The translations under genes and the position numbers were made by a program. This document shows, piece by piece, positions 25,696-36,200 of a DNA stretch of 44,818 nucleotides. Under the pieces are notes generated by a model. It had not been told where the DNA came from and did not search any database. It saw nothing but the letters and a program-made list of their open reading frames with translations. Numbering within the stretch: the first letter of the stretch is position 1; each line of letters begins with the position of its first letter. Source of the stretch: a virus; the IMG/VR virus record IMGVR_UViG_3300045988_101875, positions 1 to 44,818 of that record; one strand, written 5' to 3'.

Positions 25696-26709
25696 ATGGC
25701 TGATATGATTATTGCCAACCCCGGTCTTGCACAATCTGATAAAGGCAAAGACCGCTTAGGTTTATTTCTGAAAATGTTTACCGGTGAAGTTCTCACCGCT
25801 TTCTCTCAATCCACTATTACCGGTGGTCGCTTCTCTGAGCGTACTATCGAACATGGTAAATCTGCTATCTTCCCCATTGTAGGTCGTGCAAAAGCTAAGT
25901 ACCTGAAAGCAGGTAAGAACTTGGATGACCTGCGCACCCCCATTGAGCACAATGAGCGCACTATCGTGCTGGATGGTCTGCTGACCTCTGACTGCATGAT
26001 TTTTGATTTGGATGAAGCTATGAACCACTTTGAGCTGCGCTCTAAGTATTCTAAGGAAATGGGTGAAGCATTGGCTGTTGCTCAGGACTGCGCTATCTTG
26101 GCTGAAGTAGCTAAGATGATTGTAGCAGACAAAGAGAACTTGCCTACCAATGCTACTACTGGTGTTAAAGGCACTGGCAAAGGTCTGATTGTCACCGAGA
26201 CTGTGGCAACCGCTGACTATGGCGAGACTGAAGCTATGGGTGTAGCTATCTTTAAGGAACTGCTGAAAATCAAGACCAAAATGTCTGAGAACAATGTTCC
26301 GCTGGCAGGTCGCAACTGCTACATCAAACCGATGGCACTCAATGCACTGATCGCCAACAAAGACATCATCAACAAACTGTATGGTGCTTCTATGACCATT
26401 GAGGGTAACAACCCTCCGAAACTGATTGGTTTCGATTTGATTGAAGCTCCTCTGCTGACCGAGGGTGGTGTAGATAACGAGAATGTTATGCAAGGTGATG
26501 GTCATGTATTCCCTACTACCTACAAAGACACCTGCCAATTCATTGTGGCACATCCGTCTTCTGCTGGTATCTTGACCCTCAAAGGTCTTGGTATGGAACA
26601 TGCTCGCCGTCCTGAATATCAGGCTGACCAAATTATTGCTAAATATGCAAAAGGCTTTGGTGGTCTGCGCCCTGAAGCAGCCTTCATGGGTGTTGTAACT
26701 CAGGCTTAA
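25696..26709 (+). CDS. Major capsid protein (T7 gp10-like).
   Basis: LGLFLKMFTGEVLTAFS... and C-terminal YQADQIIAKYAKGFGGLRPEAA align closely with T7 gp10A. Confidence 0.92.
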   Translation: MADMIIANPGLAQSDKGKDRLGLFLKMFTGEVLTAFSQSTITGGRFSERTIEHGKSAIFPIVGRAKAKYLKAGKNLDDLRTPIEHNERTIVLDGLLTSDCMIFDLDEAMNHFELRSKYSKEMGEALAVAQDCAILAEVAKMIVADKENLPTNATTGVKGTGKGLIVTETVATADYGETEAMGVAIFKELLKIKTKMSENNVPLAGRNCYIKPMALNALIANKDIINKLYGASMTIEGNNPPKLIGFDLIEAPLLTEGGVDNENVMQGDGHVFPTTYKDTCQFIVAHPSSAGILTLKGLGMEHARRPEYQADQIIAKYAKGFGGLRPEAAFMGVVTQA

Positions 26710-26726
26710 TTTTAAACTACTAACCT

Positions 26727-26759
26727 TAGGGGATGGCGTATGCTGTCCCCTATTTTTTC
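26727..26759 (+). terminator. Rho-independent terminator after the capsid gene (Tphi-like position).
   Basis: agggga...tcccct hairpin, then tatttttt. Confidence 0.65.
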
Positions 26760-26781
26760 TAAATAATGAAAGGAGATGTCA

Positions 26782-27351
26782 ATGCAACTAACAGCGTTAA
26801 CTGAACTTGATGCAGTCAATAGTATCATTGGTACTATTGGTGAAGCTCCTATCAACAGTCTTGAAGAAATGACAGATGTGGATGCTATTAATGCCTTACG
26901 TATCCTGCGGAATATTAGCAGACAAGAGCAGTCACGTGGATGGACTTTTAACAAGACACCCCACTTCACCCTTAACCCTGACGTAGACACCAAAAAGATT
27001 CCATGGAACAGTAACTACTTGTATCTTAAGGATAACCATGGTGTCAAACTTGTTAGACAGGGTGACTATGTGAAAGACCTGTTCAAAGACACACTGATAT
27101 TTGAGCATCCTTTGGATGTAGAGATGGTGCTTTATCTTGACTTTGAGAATTTGCCGGAGCAGATGAGAAACTATATCTTAGCTAAGGCATGTTTTGTCTT
27201 CCAAAGCTCCTACTTTGGTGATGATAGTCTGACCAAGGTTACCCAGCAAGAGATTGCTGAAGCATGGCAACATCTGATGGAATTTGAGGTAGACAATAAC
27301 AGCTACTCTATGCTGGAGCATACCTATGTGCATAAGCTGAGATTGAGGTGA
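26782..27351 (+). CDS. Tail tubular protein A (gp11-like).
   Basis: ...NSIIGTIGEAPINSLEE...QSRGWTFN resembles T7 gp11 N-terminus (...VNDILASIGEPPVSTLEG...QSRGWTFN). ATG at 26782 has proper SD spacing; the track start is 26776. Confidence 0.8.
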   Translation: MQLTALTELDAVNSIIGTIGEAPINSLEEMTDVDAINALRILRNISRQEQSRGWTFNKTPHFTLNPDVDTKKIPWNSNYLYLKDNHGVKLVRQGDYVKDLFKDTLIFEHPLDVEMVLYLDFENLPEQMRNYILAKACFVFQSSYFGDDSLTKVTQQEIAEAWQHLMEFEVDNNSYSMLEHTYVHKLRLR

Positions 27352-27355
27352 GACT

Positions 27356-30097
27356 ATGGGATTGATTAATCAAGACATAAAGAACCTTGTTAGTGGTGTG
27401 TCTCAGCAACCCCCTATTCTCAGACACCCTGAACAGCTAGAGGAACAGTTGAATGGTTATTCTAGTGAAGCAGGTGGTTTACAAAAGCGTCCCCCTACTA
27501 TCTTTGAAGCCAATCTAGGTAAGAGGGGCAATGCTATCAATAAGCCTTTGATACACTTTATAGATAGAGATATTAATGAAAAATATATTGTCATTTTCAC
27601 AGGTGCAGGTATTGATGTTTTTGACCTACAAGGTAACAAGAAAACTGTGACGATGAAGGAGGATACCTCCTATATTTATACACAAAGTCCGCGCAGTAAT
27701 ATTAAGGTTATTACTATTGCTGATTATACCTTTATCGCCAATACAGTACAGAAAGCTAAAATGTTAGATAAAGTGGATGATATATCATGGAACACCCAAG
27801 GGTTACTTGTGAATATCAAGAGTGGTCAGTATGGCAGAACCTATAAGATTGTAGTAAACAATGAAACTGTTGCAAGCTTTGAAACACCTGATGGTAGTGA
27901 TAAGTCACATACTAAGCAGATTGCTACAGACTATATTGTAGAACAATTAGCTGCGCAATGTAGTGATAAAGGGTACACTACTAAAACAGGTTCTTCGTGG
28001 TTGTATCTTAAGAAAAGTGCTTTTGTTACTGAAACAGGTGAGACTGTACCTATACAACCTTCTACTACCTCAGCTCAACAGGAGGATATTTTTAAGGGAC
28101 TAAATTATAATTATCTTTATATGTGGAATCGTTTTTATGATGTGTACACCCCTTCCACTGTAGTACGCACTTTAGGTAAGATTATTGTAACTATTCCAAA
28201 GAGAAAGGTTCTGACTGATGCTGCGGATATAGAAGCCTATAACAAAATTAAAGCCGAAATTGATAGATGTGCTTCTGATAGATGGACTGTCACTACTGCT
28301 GATGCTGAATTAATAGTTTATCGTAACAATAAGCCTACATTAGATAAAACAGAAGCAGATGCCTACACTATTGAGTATGGTGAAGACACCAATACACCTT
28401 CTTATAGTACAGCTAAGTCCCTTATTACTTCTGCTGAAGTATTCGATGGTTATAACAATCAGGCTGCCTTTGGTATCCTTAAGTCGGTGCAGAAGTTCAC
28501 CAACCTTCCTGCTACTGCTCCTGATGGTTACCTTGTAAAGATTGTAGGTGAAGAAGGCAGTAACACTGATGATTATTATGTCAAATATAGTGCAGAAGAA
28601 AAGGTATGGAAAGAGTGTGCTAGACCTAACTTGAAGAACCATTTTGATACCTCTACGCTCCCTCATGTTCTTGTACGTGAAGCTGATGGTACTTTTACTT
28701 TCCGTAGAGCCGAATGGGAATCTAGGGATATTGGTGATGAAGACAGCAACCCTCTCCCCTCTTTTATAGGGCAGACAATAAATGATGTCTTCTACCACAG
28801 AAACCGCTTAGGCTTCTTAAGTGGTGAGAATGTTATCTTGACACGCTCTGCTAACTTCTTTAACTTTTGGATGACTAGTGCAACCAAAGTGCAGGACACA
28901 GACCCTATTGATTTAGCGGTCTCTGATAACACCATTAGCACCCTCTATAATGCTGTCACATTTGATACTGACCTTATCTTATTCAGTCAAGAAGCACAAT
29001 TCATGCTCTCCGCTGATGGTGTCTTGACACCTACAAGTGCTAATCTGTCCCCGGCAGTTACCCACTATGAAGCTAGTCTGAAAGCTAAGCCTGTCAATGC
29101 AGGACGCAATGTTTACTTTGTAGCTGAAAGAGCTAAATATACTACTGTGCGTGAGTTCTTCACCGCAGCAGACAACACAGATGCTAAAGATGTTCAAGAC
29201 ATAACATCTCACGTGCCTAACTACATTCCTAATGGTGTCTATAAAATCATTCCTTCTACTGTTGAGAATGTCATGCTTTATCTTACTGAAGGTGATGAGA
29301 CATCAATGTATGTCTATAAGTACCTCTTTATTGACAGCCAGCGTGTACAGGCTGCGTGGTCTAAGTGGGATATGCAGGGTGTTGTCTATGGAGGGCAATT
29401 TATTGACAACTATCTTTATCTAATAGTTGAGCGTAATGGCTACTACTGTTTGGAGAAGGTTTCCTTTACCATTAATACTACTGACTTTGATAGTGAAGCC
29501 TATCGTATCTTGTTGGACTGCAAACACTCCTATCAGATTCCTGCTGATTGCTATGATTCCCTAAAGGATGAAACTACAGTAAATGTAAGTGGCATCTTTG
29601 GATATATATATGAGCAGGATAGACAATACAGTGCTGTTGCTTCTGATGGTACATATGCTAAGGCTAAAGAAGGCAAGATGGTCTTTATTGGTGACTATTC
29701 TAACCAAGTATTGACTGTAGGTATCAATTATAACTTTAAGATTGTTATGTCAACTATTATGGTTAAGCAGTCTGATAATGGTAATACTCAGGCTCTCATT
29801 GAGGGTAGATTGCAACTTCGTCAGATGTGGTTTAACTATGCTGATAGTGGCTACTTTAAAGTAACTGTGGATATTAAAGACAAACAAGCCTATGTCTATG
29901 AGTATACCTCTAGGCTCTTAGGTACTCGTTTTAATATCTTAGGTGCAATGCCCTTTACCACAGGCTCTTTTAAGTTCCCTATCCAAGCCAAAAATGAAAA
30001 CGTAAACATTTGTTTGGAAACAGACACCCCACTTCCTGTATCTCTTGTAGGTGCAGGTTGGATTGGTAACTATCAAAGGAGGACGAGACTATTTTAA
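27356..30097 (+). CDS. Tail tubular protein B (gp12-like).
   Basis: 913-aa protein following gp11, in conserved order. Confidence 0.75.
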   Translation: MGLINQDIKNLVSGVSQQPPILRHPEQLEEQLNGYSSEAGGLQKRPPTIFEANLGKRGNAINKPLIHFIDRDINEKYIVIFTGAGIDVFDLQGNKKTVTMKEDTSYIYTQSPRSNIKVITIADYTFIANTVQKAKMLDKVDDISWNTQGLLVNIKSGQYGRTYKIVVNNETVASFETPDGSDKSHTKQIATDYIVEQLAAQCSDKGYTTKTGSSWLYLKKSAFVTETGETVPIQPSTTSAQQEDIFKGLNYNYLYMWNRFYDVYTPSTVVRTLGKIIVTIPKRKVLTDAADIEAYNKIKAEIDRCASDRWTVTTADAELIVYRNNKPTLDKTEADAYTIEYGEDTNTPSYSTAKSLITSAEVFDGYNNQAAFGILKSVQKFTNLPATAPDGYLVKIVGEEGSNTDDYYVKYSAEEKVWKECARPNLKNHFDTSTLPHVLVREADGTFTFRRAEWESRDIGDEDSNPLPSFIGQTINDVFYHRNRLGFLSGENVILTRSANFFNFWMTSATKVQDTDPIDLAVSDNTISTLYNAVTFDTDLILFSQEAQFMLSADGVLTPTSANLSPAVTHYEASLKAKPVNAGRNVYFVAERAKYTTVREFFTAADNTDAKDVQDITSHVPNYIPNGVYKIIPSTVENVMLYLTEGDETSMYVYKYLFIDSQRVQAAWSKWDMQGVVYGGQFIDNYLYLIVERNGYYCLEKVSFTINTTDFDSEAYRILLDCKHSYQIPADCYDSLKDETTVNVSGIFGYIYEQDRQYSAVASDGTYAKAKEGKMVFIGDYSNQVLTVGINYNFKIVMSTIMVKQSDNGNTQALIEGRLQLRQMWFNYADSGYFKVTVDIKDKQAYVYEYTSRLLGTRFNILGAMPFTTGSFKFPIQAKNENVNICLETDTPLPVSLVGAGWIGNYQRRTRLF

Positions 30098-30144
30098 AAG
30101 TATCTAAATTAAACATTGCACAGCTCTGTGACTTTAGAGAAAAC

Positions 30145-30519
30145 ATGAGAGAGGAAGACAGACTAGAGTGGTATTATGCTTCAGGCTGTTCTTTTGGTCT
30201 CACCCCTGTTCTAGAGTTGAAAGATGCTTTGTGTCTTTATGATGATGAGACACACAAGGTCTATGCCGTTGGTGGTATTGAAGCTGACTTAATATGGGTT
30301 GTCTGCACTACAGAAGTAGACAAGCACCCTATTAAATTCCTACGCTTCTGTAAACCTTTTTTCAAGAAGTGGGTACAATGGCATGTCAGCAATTATGTAT
30401 GGATGAAGAATATCAAACATATCAGATGGCTCACATGGTTAGGTGCTAAATTCTACAAATACAAAGAAATCAATGGAGAGCCATTTCAGAAATTTAGTTT
30501 ATATCCGGCAAAGGAGTGA
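30145..30519 (+). CDS. Internal virion protein (gp13-like), putative.
   Basis: Position and size only. Confidence 0.4.
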   Translation: MREEDRLEWYYASGCSFGLTPVLELKDALCLYDDETHKVYAVGGIEADLIWVVCTTEVDKHPIKFLRFCKPFFKKWVQWHVSNYVWMKNIKHIRWLTWLGAKFYKYKEINGEPFQKFSLYPAKE

Positions 30520-30525
30520 TGTCTT

Positions 30526-31170
30526 ATGTGCAGTCCTATGGTGGCTGCTGGTATCAGTACAGGCTTGCAAGTAGCAGGTGACTACATGGGGCAACGTGCG
30601 CAAGCTAAGGCAGCACAGGCTACCATGAACGCACAGGCTAAGGCAGCTATTACTGAAATGAATTGGAATATTATGGATTTAGAACAGCAGCGCACAGATG
30701 CCTTTGACCAAGCTGTTGTAGAGATTAGCAACACTAGGTTGAACTCTATGCAACTCAATAGTGGTGTAAAGGCTGCTGTGAACGAGACCATGAGCGGACG
30801 TACTGCCAACCTCATTGTACGTGCTGCCGAAGGTGATACCGCTCGTGCTGTGTCCTCTATCCAAGACAACTATAAACGGAAATCTAATGAGGTTGACTTG
30901 AATCGTGAGCGTCAGGTAAAATCCACTCACGAATATTTAGAGAACCTTAATGCTTCTGCTCCTAAGATGCCTAGTAGATTCACTAACTTATTGTCTTCTG
31001 CTGCAACAGGCTTGAATAATTATACACAAGCTAAGAATATTATGAATCAGCAGAAGATTACAGGTGGTGTTAGTAAAACAGCTAAAAATGCTACTAAGAC
31101 ATGGGTAGGCAACGCTCCACGTAGCGTCCATGAGAAGCTAGGTATTGGCAATGGTATTTATAGGAGGTAA
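30526..31170 (+). CDS. Internal virion protein B (gp14-like), putative.
   Basis: Position and size. N-terminal hydrophobic segment. Confidence 0.45.
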   Translation: MCSPMVAAGISTGLQVAGDYMGQRAQAKAAQATMNAQAKAAITEMNWNIMDLEQQRTDAFDQAVVEISNTRLNSMQLNSGVKAAVNETMSGRTANLIVRAAEGDTARAVSSIQDNYKRKSNEVDLNRERQVKSTHEYLENLNASAPKMPSRFTNLLSSAATGLNNYTQAKNIMNQQKITGGVSKTAKNATKTWVGNAPRSVHEKLGIGNGIYRR

Positions 31171-31175
31171 GAAGA

Positions 31176-33266
31176 TTGAGTAAAGAAGTACAGGCAGCGG
31201 TAGGTACTCAACGGCAGTTTGCAAAACAACCGGAGATTCCCTATGCGCTGTCCTTAAATAAATTCAATGCATCTACAGGTATCTCACAACGTACAGATTT
31301 AGATGCACAACGCTTAGCATCATCTTTAGGTCTCCTTGGTAAGAATATCATGGAGGAGCGTATTGCTGATGAGAAGCGTACCCAAGACCAAGCAGTATTG
31401 GTCAATGCAGACAAACTCCTTGCAGGTAAGACACAAGAAGACCTGAAGAAGTTTGACCGCATGGCAGCTTTGCAGAACTCTAGTGCTGATTTTGACTTGA
31501 CAGATAACCGCTATGCTATGGCTGTTCTTGAAAAAGGTATTGGTAAGATGGCAAGCCAATATGCCAAAGAGCAATGGGCAAATGACCCTGCTTCTGAAAA
31601 GCCTAAGAGTGTATCTGAAGCTGTTAGTCTTTTCAATAAGTATCTACAGGAGAACAGAGCTAACTTCAGTGATGATGGTATCTCTAATAAGGTAGCATTT
31701 GACCAAGGCTATTATGAGGGTGCTGTTCAAGACACAATAAAAATAGCTAATGAAGCTGACAAGAGAATCAATGATGATAAACGTCAGAAGATGGTCATGT
31801 TAGGTTTTAGTGAGTTTCAAGACCTTGTGTATAGTGGAGCTAAGGGTGAAGACTTCCTCACTCGTGGTAATGAAGCATTGCGTAAGGTGCAATTAGGTGC
31901 TAGAGATAGAGATGGCTTCATTAAAGCTGTTGCCCCTCTTGCTCAGATGATTGCTGACCAAGATTTTGATACAGCAAGATTGGATGCCTTAGGTGACTAT
32001 CAATACGAAGATGGTTTGTCTTTAAAGCAGATGGTTAACCTCTATCCCTCCTATACCAAGATAGCAGATAACTTCAATCTGAGAGTTACCGATGATATTG
32101 TGTCTAAATGCACCCGTCCTGATGGTACTGTTGACCTCTCAAAAGCTGAAGCATTGTTGTCTCAGTTACCTACGGAAACTACAAATGCTGATGGTATTCC
32201 TGAAGCTAACCTGCCTATCTCGCAGGGAGACAACCCCGACTTAGCAGACCTGTCCCCCACTATGAAAAGTGTGTTACCTATGGTTGGCGGTGCTATCTAT
32301 CAGTTAGGCTTTAAGGATGCACAGATTACTAGTGGCTACCGCACGGCAGAACATAATGCATCTGTGGGCGGTGTACCAAACTCAGAGCATACCCAAGGCA
32401 ATGCTGTGGATATTTATTTAGGTGACAATGTGGATGAAGCACAGGCTAATAAAGCATTGTCTTATTTTAAGCAATACTTTGGTGAGGTCTTATTCCATGA
32501 TGCTGGCACAGGTAGACATCTGCATCTTGCTGATTACCATGGTGGTATGAAAGCTGCTAACCCTAAAGAGCAATCTGCTGCTGCCTATAACCCCCAACGT
32601 GTCAATAAGATACGTCAGGCTGTCTATGCTAAACAAGCACAGGCTCAGCGTGTTAAGGCTCAACGTGATGCTGAGGAAAGAGACCGAATCAATATGGCTC
32701 TTTTGCAGACCAATGACCCCAACGAGCAATTACAGATTATTAATAGCTCTAATTTACCAGCAGCAACTAAGGCTACGATGGCTCGTACTATTACACGCCA
32801 AGCACGTCAGGCTGCTAAAGGCTATGGTAATGATGCAGAAGCTAAACATTTTTGGTCATATGAAAATGGCTATCAATATATCAAAGACACTCAGACATAT
32901 GCTGAATGGTATAAAGCTTATCAAGACCCTGATGTTGATGGTGATTCTGATGAGTATAAGGCTTTACAAAAGAGAGCTAATAGAGCCACAGCAAGGCTTA
33001 ATGCCTTGTTAGAGTTCAAAAAGAAACGTGGGTATATCCCTAGTGAGCAGGAGACAACACCGGCTAATGAACCTCCTGATGATACCCCTATGTTCTCTCA
33101 GAAAGACAAGGATATTGCTGAAATGAAGATATGGGCAAACAGTAATCCTAAAAATTCTGCTGGCGTACCCCTAGATGAAGACCAAATACGTGATGCTATT
33201 GATAAGTTTGCTATACGTAATGGTCTTGATGTGAATGATATTGAGGAGGAGGTCTTTGGTTCATAA
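31176..33266 (+). CDS. Internal virion protein C (gp15-like) with an embedded peptidase-M15 (VanY/L-Ala-D-Glu peptidase-like) domain.
   Basis: TSGYRTAEHNASVGGVPNSEHTQGNAVDIY motif (about 32330-32420). TTG start with SD taggaggta. Confidence 0.65.
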   Translation: MSKEVQAAVGTQRQFAKQPEIPYALSLNKFNASTGISQRTDLDAQRLASSLGLLGKNIMEERIADEKRTQDQAVLVNADKLLAGKTQEDLKKFDRMAALQNSSADFDLTDNRYAMAVLEKGIGKMASQYAKEQWANDPASEKPKSVSEAVSLFNKYLQENRANFSDDGISNKVAFDQGYYEGAVQDTIKIANEADKRINDDKRQKMVMLGFSEFQDLVYSGAKGEDFLTRGNEALRKVQLGARDRDGFIKAVAPLAQMIADQDFDTARLDALGDYQYEDGLSLKQMVNLYPSYTKIADNFNLRVTDDIVSKCTRPDGTVDLSKAEALLSQLPTETTNADGIPEANLPISQGDNPDLADLSPTMKSVLPMVGGAIYQLGFKDAQITSGYRTAEHNASVGGVPNSEHTQGNAVDIYLGDNVDEAQANKALSYFKQYFGEVLFHDAGTGRHLHLADYHGGMKAANPKEQSAAAYNPQRVNKIRQAVYAKQAQAQRVKAQRDAEERDRINMALLQTNDPNEQLQIINSSNLPAATKATMARTITRQARQAAKGYGNDAEAKHFWSYENGYQYIKDTQTYAEWYKAYQDPDVDGDSDEYKALQKRANRATARLNALLEFKKKRGYIPSEQETTPANEPPDDTPMFSQKDKDIAEMKIWANSNPKNSAGVPLDEDQIRDAIDKFAIRNGLDVNDIEEEVFGS

Positions 33267-36200
33267 TGAGTATTATTGAGGATTTAAATAAACTTGGTGA
33301 TGAATCATATGGTGATTTACAAGCCAAGGGTGAAGAACAGCTCCAAAAGATACAGCACCAAGGCTATAATCCTTTTGATGACTTTGCTGGAGCGGTTACT
33401 GAATGGATTGCAGACATAAATAAATCAGGTCAGAAGCTGGCTGTGGCTGCTGGTGAAGCTTATAAAACAGGTAATTTTGATGCTATTGATGATATGTCTT
33501 TACCTGACACTGATGCTTCTTCCTCTTCTCCTGCACAGGAAAAGGTTGCACAGGCTTTGCAGGATGCTGTGGATGATGCTCGCTATGTGGCTACTAAAGA
33601 CCCCCTTACTCTCGTAGGTGATGTAGCTGGTGCTGCTAGTCCTTGGATTCCCTTAGCTGTTCAAGTACCTATCATGGTACATGAGATGCAAAAGGCACAG
33701 GAAGTTGAAAACGCTCCTGATATGTCTGACCAAGCCAAAGCATCCCTGCTCCCTATGATGGCAGGTACTGTGGCAGCTTCTGTGACACATGGCGTGGGGG
33801 GGCTTTTATCTAAGGCTGCCCCCACAGTCTCTAAGGTTATGACTACACCTTTTGTGGGTAGTGGTATCGCAGCAGGTACAGTTCTTGCTATGGACGAAAA
33901 TGTTCGTAAGTATGCAGAAGAACATCCTGCTCGTTTTGCTGTCAGCCAATTCCTGACAGATACTGCTATTGGTGCTAAAAAGATTGCCAAAGCAGATTGG
34001 TCTGCTAAGACAACCCCTATCACGGATGCAGAGATTGTGTCTGAAAAGACAAACCCTGCTACTGAGGTTATGGCTGATAAGACTAAGGTTGAGGAGACAA
34101 ACAAAAAGTTAGGTTCTCCTACTAAAGAGAAGAATAAAAGAAAACGTAAGCATCGTAAGCAGCATCGTGAGAATGTATGGGATGTTGATAATGACTATGA
34201 GGAGATGGTTACACCTGCTCAGGTTACAAAGCGTGAACCAAAGACAACCGCTGAAAAAGCTTATCCTGAACAGATGCCTGAACAGCAGATGCAACAGGAT
34301 GCTATTGCTAATCAGTTAGCTAAAGAGCATCTCGAAGCTAGACAGACACCTGAAATTATGCAGGGTGCGCATGGTGATGAGCTTAAATATAGTAAAGATA
34401 ATCTCTATCCTCATCCTGTGAGTGCAGAGGATATATGGGAAACTGCAAAGGCTATGTTCCCTATTCGCCCCGGTAGGTTGGATTTAGCTGATAGTGATAG
34501 AACACTAGGCTACTTTATGCCCCATGGTAAGGGTATTCGTATCCGTGGTTTCCGTGCATGGTCTGTAATCTGTCACGAAATCGGACATGGTTTGTCTGAT
34601 AAATTTGGTTGGGGTAAAGATACAGCAGTTCAAAAAGAACTTTATGATGGTGCTACTTCCATATGGCAACATGGTGAGTATGGTAATAGATATGCTCCGG
34701 AAAACTATACTACTTATGTAGAAGAAGGACGTGCTGCCTTTATGAATGAGTATTGTGTCAACCCTGAGATGGCTAAGAAGCACTTCCCTCTTGCCTATGC
34801 TGAATTTGAAAAGGCTATTGCAAGTGATAGATTCTATCAGGCACAGATGAACCTTTTAGGGCAACAGGTGCGTCGATGGGGTTCTCAGTCTGACTTCAGT
34901 AAAGCTGCTGGTATGTTTCATTGGGCAGACAAAGAGCTTGGCAAAAGAATTGATAAACTCATTGGTACTTGGACTGCTACTAAAAAACATTTTGCTTGGG
35001 AGTATGCTGACCTTGACGAAAGCATAAGAGCTTATGAGGATAACCAAGGTGTAAAGATAGCTATGGAGAATGACCCTGCTGTCTTAGCACAGTATGCAAA
35101 GCAAGCAGGTAATGATACTGTTGGTTGTCTTCTGAATGGTAATAATCTAGGCACTAGAGCTGCTGTTAAAATGATGCAGACAAAATTCAATATTGCACTT
35201 AATAATGTTGTAGCTACTGACATCTTGAAACCTTTGGATGCACAAGGTAAGCGTGGTGCTGAACTTCAAAAGTGGCTTAAAGAAACTGAGTACAGAGATT
35301 TTTATGATGCTTGGAATACTTATCAGGTTGCAAAGCATGAGCTGGAAGTCATGGCAACAGGGCGTAAGACAACACACACTTATGCTGAATGTAAGAAAAT
35401 CATTGCTAAAGCAGAAGAACTTCCTGAAATGAAACTTGCTTCTGACCTGTGGAAACAATGGAATGAAAATGTACTGCGCATTGCTGTCGCAGGGCAGATT
35501 CTTCCTAGAGAGGTTGCTAATAAGTTCTTAAAAGAATACCCTGAGTACATTCCTATGACACGCTCATTCGAGATTGAGGGTACTAGTGACTTCTTGGCAT
35601 CCCACAAAGCTATGACTGTTGAGGGGTCTGAACGTATTATTAAAGACCCTCTTGTCCAAGCTGTTAAGAATATGCAGAGTATTGTCACTAAAGTAGAGCG
35701 CAATCGTGTTGGTCTTGCTCTTGCTGATTTAGCTCAGGGTGAAAAGGGGCATTTTCTTATGATGCCTGTAAAAGATGGTAAATACAAGCATGTTTCACAA
35801 ATTATTACTGTTTATGAAGATGGACACCCTAAATACTACCAATGTATGATGAAAGGTCTCTATGAAGCTATGACTTCCGAAGATGGAAATATGAGTGCTT
35901 CTAAACTTGACATTATTGAGAAAATCTCTCATGGCGCAGCAACAGCTTTACGTATTGGCTCTACTAGCACACCTATGTTTGCTACCGCTAACCTCTGCAA
36001 AGATATTCTTGAAGCAACTATTATGAACGCTGATGGGCGTAGTGCTTCTCACATTCCCCTTGTTGCTCCTATGAAAATCTTTTGGCAGGGATTGCAGATG
36101 CTCAATAGTGACAATGCTTTTGGTAAACTTATCATCCGCAACAACAGAGAACGTGCTCTGCTTAGACAATACAAAAGAGAATTTAGGTCTAATGGTGTCA

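Noticed and set aside
25762-26631. 289-aa minus-strand ORF.
   Set aside because: It lies entirely antisense to the major capsid gene, whose product aligns strongly with T7 gp10. It has no SD and is an antisense artefact of a long codon-biased gene.
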